Source of the DNA: Cyanobacteriota bacterium
Lineage (GTDB): Bacteria; Cyanobacteriota; Cyanobacteriia; PCC-6307; Cyanobiaceae
DNA length: 64,000 nt
Direction: 5' to 3'
NCBI GenBank assembly: GCA_046052125.1
Contig: JBJOMY010000005.1
Span: 64,001-128,000 of the forward strand
Both the position numbers and the translations under genes were made by a program. The notes beneath the pieces were generated by a model, which was not told the origin of the DNA, searched no databases, and saw only the letters and a list, made by a program, of their open reading frames with translations. Position 1 is the stretch's first letter; every line of letters starts with the position of its first letter. Shown here in pieces: positions 1-8,672 of the stretch.

Positions 1-1
1 T

Positions 2-124
2 GCCGGGCTGCTGCTGGATCGCCAGGGCCACGGGCTGGTGCTGTGGCTGCTGGTGGCGCTGGTGTGTGCGCTGTGCCTGCTGCTGGTGGGGCCGATTCGC
101 CGCCGGGCGCATGTGAAGGGCTGA
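2..124 (+). CDS. 3' end of a membrane protein, truncated by the window edge (possibly an MFS transporter)
   Basis: Frame 2 reads AGLLLDRQGHGLVLWLLVALVCALCLLLVGPIRRRAHVKG* (TGA at 122-124): a hydrophobic helix with a basic tail. Confidence 0.5.
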   Translation, partial: AGLLLDRQGHGLVLWLLVALVCALCLLLVGPIRRRAHVKG

Positions 125-162
125 AGCCAGGCCATCACAATCAGAACAGCACCGCCTGCGCC

Positions 163-1074
163 ATGGCACTGCACGAACCGGGCCGCCGGCATCCCCAGCA
201 GCACATCGGCCGGGCAGGCCTGGCCTCAGCCTTTCGCTGGAGCATCGCGCTCAACACGGCGCTCTCGGTGACGCAGATCGTGATCGGCATCGGCTTTGGC
301 TCCCTGGCCCTGATCGGCGATGCGATCCACAACCTCGGCGATGTGGCCGGCCTCACCCTGGGATGGGGAGCGGAGCGGCTGAGCACACGCCCCCCGAGCG
401 AACGATTCACCTATGGCTTTGGCCGAAGCACCCAGCTGGCGGCGCTGATCAATGGGGTGCTGGTGGCCATGGCCTCAGCCGTGGTGGTGGTGGAGGCCCT
501 GCAGCGGCTGCAGGATCCGGAACCGCTGGTGAGTGGCCCGGTGGCCTGGGCCGCCGCCGCCGGCATCGCGGTGAACCTGGGCTCCGCCAGCCTGTTTGGC
601 CATGGCGGGCATGGCAAGCACGAGGGGCGGTCGCACAATCACGATCTGAACCGCCGCGCTGCGGTACTGCACCTGGTGACGGATGCCCTGGTGTCGGCCG
701 CCGTGCTGGTGAGTGCCGTGCTGGTGGGCGCCACGGGCTGGCACTGGCTCGACCCCCTCACCGCCATCGGCGTGGGCCTCGCCGTGGGTTACACGGGCGT
801 GGTGCTGATCCGTGATGCCCTGGTGGTGCTGCTCGATGGCATCCCCCATCACATCAAGCCCGAGCAGGTGCACGAAACCCTGCTGGCGCTGCCTGGGGTG
901 GTGGATGTTCACCACGTGCATATCTGGAGCCTCAGCACCAGCCAGGTGGCGCTCACCGCCCACATCTGTCGCCGAGGCGACTTGAGCAACGACCTTGAGC
1001 TCCTGCATCAGGCCAAAAATGCCTTGGCTGCGATCGGGGTGCACCACAGCACCCTCCAGCTGGAGCCGGGTTGA
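163..1074 (+). CDS. Cation diffusion facilitator (CzcD/ZitB-like Zn/Co/Cd efflux transporter)
   Basis: SLALIGDAIHNLGD, FTYGFGR, HLVTD and VHHVHIWSLS motifs; His-rich loop HGGHGKHEGRSHNHD; ATG at 163. Confidence 0.92.
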   Translation: MALHEPGRRHPQQHIGRAGLASAFRWSIALNTALSVTQIVIGIGFGSLALIGDAIHNLGDVAGLTLGWGAERLSTRPPSERFTYGFGRSTQLAALINGVLVAMASAVVVVEALQRLQDPEPLVSGPVAWAAAAGIAVNLGSASLFGHGGHGKHEGRSHNHDLNRRAAVLHLVTDALVSAAVLVSAVLVGATGWHWLDPLTAIGVGLAVGYTGVVLIRDALVVLLDGIPHHIKPEQVHETLLALPGVVDVHHVHIWSLSTSQVALTAHICRRGDLSNDLELLHQAKNALAAIGVHHSTLQLEPG

Positions 1075-1086
1075 AGCCAGCGGGGC

Positions 1087-1251
1087 TCAGCCCTTGCTCA
1101 CCTTGGCCGTCCAGGCCTCGTGGGGCAGGGGCTCGGTGCCGTACTCCCAATCGTCGTAGTCGGGATCGTTGCGGATCTGCTGGTGCAGCTGCTTCTGCAC
1201 CTCAAAGTCGTGCTGCTGGGCAGCTTCAGGTGCGCGCTGCTGGTCTGTCAT
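1087..1251 (-). CDS. Small acidic hypothetical protein (54 aa)
   Basis: ATG at 1251; MTDQQRAPE...NDPDYDDWEYGTEPLP; host-like codon usage. Confidence 0.6.
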   Translation of the reverse strand: MTDQQRAPEAAQQHDFEVQKQLHQQIRNDPDYDDWEYGTEPLPHEAWTAKVSKG

Positions 1252-1835
1252 AGCCGTGAACAACCTGTTCCCATTGTGGGGCAAGTCGATCGATTGACTC
1301 GAAAGCGCTGAACCAGCAGCAACCGTGACCAACCAATGGCGTCAGACGTTGGACGTATCAGCCCAAGCCTTTGTCCCGGCAGGACATTTAAGGAATTGAG
1401 CACCATCAGACTTTATTAGACTCACCAAAGACAAAGGCATTGTTAAATGCTGCCAAGGCTGAGCCCCTAAAGGAAAGAGAAGTAGCACCGAACAGGACAC
1501 GGCTCAGCAACACCGTTCGGCTGCAAAGAGTTGACTCAAACCAGCGACCATCAGGAAAATGACACTCACGGAACCAGAGTGAGTGCCTTACCCAAGCAGG
1601 GCTTTCACAATCTCACCCGTTCTTGTGAGGCATTTTAGCCTTGGCCAGGCCCCGAACCAAAATCGGGCTGTGCTTTGATTCAGCTCCGGCTGCTTTATGT
1701 GAGAACGCATTCCGAACACGAGTCTAATCGGAGTCGCTCATGCGCGGAATGCATTAACCAGTCCCTTGAAGCCAGCCTCACTCACACCAGCCACATTTGC
1801 GGGCTTTTTGGCGACAACCCGTGACAATCCATAGA

Positions 1836-3020
1836 TTACAGCAGATTCTGGGCCTGCAGGAAGTATGACTGGGTGCTTCCAAAAGATGCATACGGCGACT
1901 GATTACTGAACACACCGGTATCAGCATCGCCAGCAACTGAAGTCGCGACGACAGCGACACCCTCTGTCGTTGACTCAAACGTCTGCCACACCGCATTCTT
2001 AGAAAACTTTCCGTTGCTCAAACGGTGGATATAAGCGTTTCCGGCATAAGCATTGCCGCCCTTTACGACCGATACAAACGGAACCTGGTAGACATCGTCA
2101 CCCATATGGTAAATACCCTGAAAATGAGTCAACAAACCAACCGAGCCATTGGTTTCATTGATATAGTTATACGAGCGGATGTTTGTTGTCACTCCTGTGA
2201 TGGGGTCTACATCAGCCAGCATCCCTTTGCCAAAGGCTGCATCAGGAAGCGTTTTGCGTATTTCTTTAACAGCCTGCCTCACTTTTTTTCCGTATGAGCC
2301 CTTCGTGGCCTGGGAAGCGCCTCCGGAAATGGTGTAGGTCCGATTCTCGTTCTCCCAAATCCCAAAAGCGGAGTGATATTTGGCGCCGTCTGAATAGGAA
2401 AGATTAACTTGGGCGCCTGATGCGGGGTTGTAGATATAGGAACCAGATCCGGGCCCGCTATTCAATGCGAACCCTATTGGCCCCCCACTCGTGCTGTAGT
2501 TTCCAACCACGTACCCCCCATCGATACTGTGAAGATAGGTGTAGCGAGCCGCCTTGTTTTTATTCGTTGTGGCCTGAAACTGCTGGAATCCAGTTGTGAC
2601 TGCTCCTGACGTATCGCCATTAAGGGCTGAAATGCTGCCTTGGTAGTACCAGCCCAGCATGGCGCCAGAGCTATTAATCCAGGTTCCTGCCAAGGCGATA
2701 TCCCCGATGCCGCCAGGCCCACTACCACTACTCAGAATGTCGGGCCCGTAAGCGGATGTCTCCCGCGGGCTCCAGGTGGAGGGCACAGAGAAGTTATACC
2801 AAGTTCCACTGCCGCTGCCGGTGGAGCCGGTCGCTCCATCAATGGCACCAACGTAGAGAGCTCCATATCCTGGAGCCGCCATTGCATCTCCAGTCGTCCC
2901 TGTGATGACGTAAGAGTTGGGCGATAAGCCATTCTTCTTAATGCCCTGTAACGAATTGTAGTCGCTGTCAACAGCGACCGAGGTGGAGACGAATGGCTGA
3001 TAGAAAGTTGGATTTGACAT
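1836..3020 (-). CDS. Orphan Gly/Ser/Thr-rich hypothetical protein, probably a beta-propeller (alternative starts at 3041 and 3059)
   Basis: ~400-codon ORF in lower-GC DNA with recurring S/T-x-x-G-I...[VI]-x-G blade-like units. Confidence 0.8.
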   Translation of the reverse strand: MSNPTFYQPFVSTSVAVDSDYNSLQGIKKNGLSPNSYVITGTTGDAMAAPGYGALYVGAIDGATGSTGSGSGTWYNFSVPSTWSPRETSAYGPDILSSGSGPGGIGDIALAGTWINSSGAMLGWYYQGSISALNGDTSGAVTTGFQQFQATTNKNKAARYTYLHSIDGGYVVGNYSTSGGPIGFALNSGPGSGSYIYNPASGAQVNLSYSDGAKYHSAFGIWENENRTYTISGGASQATKGSYGKKVRQAVKEIRKTLPDAAFGKGMLADVDPITGVTTNIRSYNYINETNGSVGLLTHFQGIYHMGDDVYQVPFVSVVKGGNAYAGNAYIHRLSNGKFSKNAVWQTFESTTEGVAVVATSVAGDADTGVFSNQSPYASFGSTQSYFLQAQNLL

Positions 3021-3493
3021 AACGCCTGCGTTGATCAGCATGGTGAAATTCTGTGCCAAGGATAGTTAGTGATCCGGGGTCGGCAACTCCTCTTTCTCTG
3101 GTTTCAGCTCCCAGTGACGGATACCCTTTGTTGGCCCTGGTGCCATGAGAATGAGTGGTTGTTCAGCAGCTGCGATCTCCCGTAGCCGTGGCGGCCACGT
3201 GCCCCCCCCCTGGATGTCGAAAACCCGGCTGGCATATCGCTAAGGAACCCGGAACATGGCGGGGGGCCTCAGCAGCACCGCGGCAGCGTTACGGGCTCAA
3301 GACTGTCCCTCAGCCAACTCCTACGGCTTTGCCGGCCTGCGGCTAGAGCTTGCGAATGATCAGCTCGGCTGTGGGCGGGTTCGTTTCATGGTGAAGTCCC
3401 AGGCCCAGTCTGGCCAGATCAGGGCTCGCATTCACCCTGAACCGACTTACGAGGTCCACGTCACTCCGTTGCTGCCAAGACGAAGACCCTGGC

Positions 3494-3530
3494 CTCATCG
3501 GCTGCTCATCTATCTGAGCAGCCTGATGAG
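3494..3530. repeat. 15-bp inverted repeat with a single-base bulge, flanked by 9-bp direct repeats GAAGACCCT
   Basis: CTCATC-GGCTGCTCA-tctatc-TGAGCAGCC-t-GATGAG; GAAGACCCT at 3482-3490 and 3530-3538. Confidence 0.85.
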
Positions 3531-3709
3531 AAGACCCTTGAAAGCTAATAGCAGCCGGTGTGCGCCGTTGTCAGTGGGCCCGCTGTCAAACAGATCAACC
3601 CCACAGGTCAAAGGCCGCAATATCGCGCTCATCGGTAACCACCGCCACCAGGCATTCAAGAACTGGGCCCGTGACGGAAGCCTGCCATCACGCTTGTCGC
3701 AGCTGAGGG

Positions 3710-4801
3710 CTAGACATTAAACAGAAACTCCATCACATCGCCTTCTTCCACCACATACTCCTTGCCTTCTGCCCGGAGCCAACCCTTGTTGCGAGCTTCG
3801 GCCAGGGACCCGGCTTCCAGCAGCTGCTTGTAGCCGATGGTCTGTGCGCGGATGAACCCCCGCTCGAAATCGGTGTGGATCACCCCTGCCGCCTGGGGGG
3901 CGGTCATGCCGGCCTTGATCGTCCAGGCCCTGGTTTCCTTCTCACCAGTGGTGAAGTAGGTGCGCAAGCCAAGCAACGTGTAAGTGGCACGGATCAGGCT
4001 CTGCAGGCCGCCTTCCTCCACCCCCAGATCCGCCAGAAAAGCCTCGCGCTCTTCCTCGGGCAGTTCGATCAGCTCCGCCTCCACCTGGGCACTGATGCGC
4101 ACGGTGCCGGCCCCCTCCTTCTCGGCCAGGGCAGCCACTTCCTCGCAGTAGGCGTTGCCTGATGCGAGATCGTCTTCGCTCACGTTGGTGGCATAGATGA
4201 TCGGCTTGGCGGTGAGCAGCCCGAGGGGCTTCACCATGGCCGCCTCCTCTTCGTTGAGCTCGATGCTGCGGGCGGCACCGCCCTGCTCCAGCACGGCCTG
4301 GATGCGCTCGAGGGCCGCATCCTCCACCTGGGCTTCCTTGCTGGTTCGCACCTGCTTCTTCAGGCGTTCGCGCCGCTTCTCCACCTGAGAGAGATCCGCG
4401 AGGCCCAATTCCAGGTTGATCACTTCGGCGTCTCGGGCAGGGCCCACCGAGCCGCTCACGTGGATCACGTCGTCGTTCTCGAAGCAGCGCACCACGTGCA
4501 CGATCGCGTCGACCTCGCGGATGTTGGCCAGAAACTTGTTGCCCAGGCCCTCGCCCTGGCTGGCTCCTTTCACCAGGCCGGCGATATCCACAAACTCAAC
4601 CCGCGTGGGGATCAGCTCCTTGCTGCCGCTCAGATCCGAAAGCTGCTGCAGGCGCGGATCTGGCACCGACACCACACCCGAGTTCGGCTCGATCGTGCAG
4701 AACGGATAGTTGGCCGCCTCCGCCTGGGCGTTGGCCACGAGGGCGTTGAACAGGGTCGACTTGCCCACATTGGGCAGTCCCACGATTCCGGCTTTAAGCA
4801 T
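3710..4801 (-). CDS. ychF: Redox-regulated ATPase YchF (Obg family)
   Basis: [36 protein letters not shown]-terminal TGS domain ending [10 protein letters not shown]. Confidence 0.98.
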   Translation of the reverse strand: MLKAGIVGLPNVGKSTLFNALVANAQAEAANYPFCTIEPNSGVVSVPDPRLQQLSDLSGSKELIPTRVEFVDIAGLVKGASQGEGLGNKFLANIREVDAIVHVVRCFENDDVIHVSGSVGPARDAEVINLELGLADLSQVEKRRERLKKQVRTSKEAQVEDAALERIQAVLEQGGAARSIELNEEEAAMVKPLGLLTAKPIIYATNVSEDDLASGNAYCEEVAALAEKEGAGTVRISAQVEAELIELPEEEREAFLADLGVEEGGLQSLIRATYTLLGLRTYFTTGEKETRAWTIKAGMTAPQAAGVIHTDFERGFIRAQTIGYKQLLEAGSLAEARNKGWLRAEGKEYVVEEGDVMEFLFNV

Positions 4802-4891
4802 TGGGGGAATCTACGGACCACCCCCAGCCACACTCGACACCACCGACAAGGAAGACTGGGGGCAGCACAAGCGCCGGCCATTCCTTCCTCG

Positions 4892-6085
4892 ATGCTCCAG
4901 CCCCCTCCGCAGCGCGAGGGCGATGCACCGCTCGATGGCGGCCGTTTTCGCCTACCCGCAGGGATCCGCCCGCGCCGCACCTGGTTGCAGCGCAAACGCC
5001 TTTGGGCCGGACTGCTCGCTGGTGCCGTGGTGATCGGTGGCGGTGGGGCCCTGATCAGTCAGCGCCGCAGTGCCAGCCAGCAGCGCAGCCTCGACACCTA
5101 CACCGTGCTGGCCAGACAGGGCAGCCTGCCGGGCGTGATCACCGCTAGCGGTGAATTGGAGGCCTTCCGCAAGGTGAACGTGAGTCCCAAGCGCCAGGGG
5201 GTGCTGGAGAAGCTCTACGTGGAAGAGGGCGACAGCGTGCAGGCCGGCCAGGCCCTGGCGCTGATGGACGGCGGTGATCTCAACGAACGCCTCGATGAAC
5301 TGCGTGCCCAGCTGCGCTCCGCCAAAGCGCAGCTCAACCGCAGCCAGAGCGAACTGCAGCGGCGCGGAGCCCTGATCCGCCAAGGCGGCATCAGCCTCGA
5401 CGACTACAACAGCGCCCGCTCCACGTTTCTGGTGGACAAGGCCGCCGTGGAGGCAGCCCAGCAGCGGCTGGAGCAACGCATGAAGGAGCAAGGCGACCTC
5501 ACGGTGCGCGCGCCCTTCGCCGGCGTGGTGACCGCGCGCTTCGCCGATCCAGGCGCCTTTGTGACCCCCACCACCTCGGCCTCCGCGAGCGCCGGGGCGA
5601 GTAGCTCCTCGATCGTGGAGCTGGCTCAGGGGCTTGAGGCCGTGGCCAAGGTGCCGGAGAGCGACATCGGCCGCATCCAGGTGGGGCAGAACGCTTCGGT
5701 GCGGGTGGATGCCTTCCCGGATCGGCGCTTCCCGGCCCGGGTGCGTCAGATCGCTCCGCGCGCCGAAAAGCTCAACAACGTCACCTCTTTTGAGGTGAAG
5801 CTGCAGCTGATCAACCCGCCGCCCGAATTGCGCATCGGCATGACCGCCGATATCGACTTCAGCACCGGCAACCTGGCCTCGCGCACCCTCATCCCCACCG
5901 TGGCCGTGGTAACCGAACAGGGCAAACCCGGCGTTTTGCTGGTGGGCCCGGGCAACCAGCCCACCTTCCAGGCCGTCACGCTGGGGGCCAGCAGCGGCAA
6001 AGACACGCAGATCCTCGAGGGGCTCCAATCCGGCACCCGGGTGTTTATCGACCTGCCCCCGTGGGCCAAGAAGAAACGGGAGTGA
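4892..6085 (+). CDS. Efflux RND/ABC transporter periplasmic adaptor (membrane fusion protein)
   Basis: N-terminal TM helix; VEEGDSVQAGQ and VRAPFAGVV lipoyl half-motifs around a coiled coil; start uncertain. Confidence 0.9.
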   Translation: MLQPPPQREGDAPLDGGRFRLPAGIRPRRTWLQRKRLWAGLLAGAVVIGGGGALISQRRSASQQRSLDTYTVLARQGSLPGVITASGELEAFRKVNVSPKRQGVLEKLYVEEGDSVQAGQALALMDGGDLNERLDELRAQLRSAKAQLNRSQSELQRRGALIRQGGISLDDYNSARSTFLVDKAAVEAAQQRLEQRMKEQGDLTVRAPFAGVVTARFADPGAFVTPTTSASASAGASSSSIVELAQGLEAVAKVPESDIGRIQVGQNASVRVDAFPDRRFPARVRQIAPRAEKLNNVTSFEVKLQLINPPPELRIGMTADIDFSTGNLASRTLIPTVAVVTEQGKPGVLLVGPGNQPTFQAVTLGASSGKDTQILEGLQSGTRVFIDLPPWAKKKRE

Positions 6086-7201
6086 TCAGCGGCCCTGGAG
6101 GAAGCGGCGGCTGACCTCCACAATCCGCTGGCTCGCCTGGCCATCACCGAAGGGGTTGTGGGCCCGGGCCATCGCCTCGTAGGCCTCCTGGCTCTCCAAC
6201 AGCTGAGCGGTTTCCCGCAGGATGTCGGCGCTGTCAGTACCGATCAACTTCGCGGTGCCGGCATCCACCGCTTCAGGACGCTCGGTGGTGCGGCGCAGCA
6301 CCAACACCGGCTTGCCGAGGGCCGGGGCCTCCTCCTGCAAACCACCGGAGTCGCTCAGCAACAACGTGCAGCCGCGCATGGCGGCCACGAGCTGGTCGTA
6401 ATCAAGCGGTTCAGTGAGGAAGGCCCGCGGGTGATCCCCCAGCAAGGCCTGCAGCGGTTCGCGCACGGTGGGGTTGCGATGGAGCGGCAGCAGCAGAGCG
6501 GTATCCGGGAAACGCTCCAGCACCTCCAGGAAGCCCTGGCCGATGTCATGGAGCCGCTCGCCCCAGTTTTCGCGGCGGTGCACGGTGGCGAGGATCACGC
6601 GCTGTCGCTCGAAATCCAGGCCCGGCAACACAAACGGAGGGGCCTTCTCGGCCATCAGCAACAGCGCATCGATCACGGTGTTGCCGGTAACGCACACCTC
6701 ACCCACCACGCCTGAAGCGCGGCAATTGGCCGCCGACACCTCGGTGGGGGCGAAATGGAGCTGGGCCACCTGGGAGATCAGGCGACGATTCGCCTCCTCC
6801 GGATAGGGATCCATGATGTTGTCGGTGCGCAGCCCAGCCTCCACGTGGCCCACGGGGACTTGCGCATAAAAGGCCGCCAGCGCTGAGGCGAAGGCCGTGG
6901 TGGTGTCGCCCTGCACCAGCACCAAATCGGGGCGGTGCTGTTCAAATTCAGCCTGCAATCCCTGCAGGGCGCCGCAGGTGATGTGGGTGAGGGTTTGCTT
7001 CGGCGCCATCAGCGCCAGATCGTGATCGGCCTGCAGGCCGAACAGCTCCATCACCTGCGCCACCATCTCGCGGTGCTGGCCGGTGAGCACCACGCGGGTG
7101 TTGAACTCAGGCGCCGCCTGAAAGGCCTGAATCACCGGCGCCAGCTTGATGGCCTCCGGGCGCGTGCCCAGCACGATGCAGACGTTGTGGGAGGTGCTCA
7201 C
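6086..7201 (-). CDS. wecB: UDP-N-acetylglucosamine 2-epimerase (non-hydrolysing)
   Basis: GTRPEAIK, TGQH, QGDT, HVEAGLR, HRREN and DSGGLQEEAP motifs. Confidence 0.97.
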   Translation of the reverse strand: MSTSHNVCIVLGTRPEAIKLAPVIQAFQAAPEFNTRVVLTGQHREMVAQVMELFGLQADHDLALMAPKQTLTHITCGALQGLQAEFEQHRPDLVLVQGDTTTAFASALAAFYAQVPVGHVEAGLRTDNIMDPYPEEANRRLISQVAQLHFAPTEVSAANCRASGVVGEVCVTGNTVIDALLLMAEKAPPFVLPGLDFERQRVILATVHRRENWGERLHDIGQGFLEVLERFPDTALLLPLHRNPTVREPLQALLGDHPRAFLTEPLDYDQLVAAMRGCTLLLSDSGGLQEEAPALGKPVLVLRRTTERPEAVDAGTAKLIGTDSADILRETAQLLESQEAYEAMARAHNPFGDGQASQRIVEVSRRFLQGR

Positions 7202-7299
7202 GGAGGGCCGCCATTCAGCCGGATCTTAAAGATGGCGGCTGGATTGGCTGGCCAGAGCCTGGTTCAGCCGCAAAGCTGGAAGCAGCCGGCCGGCCAGCG

Positions 7300-8481
7300 G
7301 TGACCAGCAGTTCCCCCTTCCCCAGCAATCTGTTTCCCCTGCCACCACAGCCCATGGCAGCGGCCGCAGTGGCAACCACGCCCGCACCCGCCCGTAGCGA
7401 AGGCGCCCTGCAAGGCGAACAGCCCGGCAGCCTGGCCGGGATCGTGAAGATCGCCGACAGTAACGGCTTCTCCGATGTGCACCTGGGGGTGGGCGAAGAG
7501 CCCCGCTACCGGGCCCGCGGCGAGATGGTGCGCAGCGGCTGGCCGATCACCGATGCCGCCACCTTCAACGGCTGGCTGCGGGAGATGCTCAGCCCGGCGC
7601 AGATCGATGCCTTCCTGCGCGATAAGGAATTCGACGGCTCCCACGCCTTCCCGTTTGTGCGGGTGCGCATCAACCTGCTCGATTCGCTGCGGGGCCCGGC
7701 GATGGTGCTGCGCCTGATCCCGCAGACCATCGCCAGCCTGGAGGATCTGAACCTGCCGCCGGTGCTGCGGGAGCTGGCATCAAGGCCGAAAGGGCTGGTG
7801 CTGATCACCGGCCCCACGGGCTCGGGCAAGAGCACGACCCTCGCCGCGATGATCGATTGGATTAATCGCAACCGCAGCTGCCACATCCTCACGATTGAGG
7901 ATCCGGTGGAATTCGTGCACCAGAGCCAGCGGTCACTGATCCGCCACCGCGAGGTAGGGCAGCACACGCTTCAGTTCCACCATGCCCTGCGGGCAGCCCT
8001 GCGCGAAGACCCCGACGTGATCCTGATCGGGGAGATCCGCGACGGTGAAACGCTCGCCACGGCGATCGAAGCCTCCCAGACCGGGCACCTGGTGTTCGGA
8101 ACCCTCCACACCAATTCAGCCGTGAAAACGGTGGAGCGGGTGCTGGGCATGGTGCCCCCCAGCGAGCAGGAGAGCATCCGCAGAGCTGTCTCCGAAAGCC
8201 TGCTGGGCGTGGTAGCGCAGGGCCTGCTCAAAACCACCGACGGCAAACGGGCCGCCTTTCACGACATCTTGATCAACACCGACGCCTGCAAGGACTACAT
8301 CCAGCGCGGTGAACTGGCCGAGATTGAAGAAATCATGGCCCGCAGTGGCTTCGATGGCATGCAAACGGCCAACCAGGCACTGCTGGCTCTGGTGGAGGAA
8401 GGCCGCGTGAGTGCCGACGATGCCCTGGCGCAAAGCCTCAGGGCCAATGAACTGGCCCAAGCGCTGCGCGGCAAGGCTTAA
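7300..8481 (+). CDS. pilT: Type IV pilus retraction ATPase, PilT/PilU family
   Basis: SDVHL, Walker A GPTGSGKST, TIEDPVE, LREDPDVILIGEIRD and TGHLVFGTLH. Confidence 0.93.
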   Translation: MTSSSPFPSNLFPLPPQPMAAAAVATTPAPARSEGALQGEQPGSLAGIVKIADSNGFSDVHLGVGEEPRYRARGEMVRSGWPITDAATFNGWLREMLSPAQIDAFLRDKEFDGSHAFPFVRVRINLLDSLRGPAMVLRLIPQTIASLEDLNLPPVLRELASRPKGLVLITGPTGSGKSTTLAAMIDWINRNRSCHILTIEDPVEFVHQSQRSLIRHREVGQHTLQFHHALRAALREDPDVILIGEIRDGETLATAIEASQTGHLVFGTLHTNSAVKTVERVLGMVPPSEQESIRRAVSESLLGVVAQGLLKTTDGKRAAFHDILINTDACKDYIQRGELAEIEEIMARSGFDGMQTANQALLALVEEGRVSADDALAQSLRANELAQALRGKA

Positions 8482-8672
8482 GCCTTGCCGGCGATGCGCG
8501 CGATCAACAGCACACTCAGACCCACCGACAGGCCGAGCATCGCCATGCGGCCGTTCCAGATCTCCGCCTGAGGGGTGAAGCCGCGCTTCCACTGGTTGAG
8601 CTCCTCAGGAGCAGCTTCCACCACGTTGTCGATCACTTCGGTGGGCTCCGGTGCCGGGTGAGCCATGGCCAT
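8478..8672 (-). CDS. hli: High-light-inducible protein (Hlip/SCP)
   Basis: GFTPQAEIWNGRMAMLG chlorophyll-binding motif followed by one TM helix. Confidence 0.93.
   Translation of the reverse strand: MAMAHPAPEPTEVIDNVVEAAPEELNQWKRGFTPQAEIWNGRMAMLGLSVGLSVLLIARIAGKA

Noticed and set aside
1260..3700. Retron, integron cassette, DGR or CRISPR interpretation of the islet
   Set aside because: There is no reverse transcriptase, integrase or cas gene, no regularly spaced repeats, and no convincing RYYYAAC/GTTRRRY attC boxes around the hairpins.
3256..3720. 154-aa plus-strand ORF in the islet spacer
   Set aside because: It has no recognisable motif, reads through the hairpin/direct-repeat element and overlaps the ychF stop. 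Probably spurious, but a homology search is needed to exclude it.
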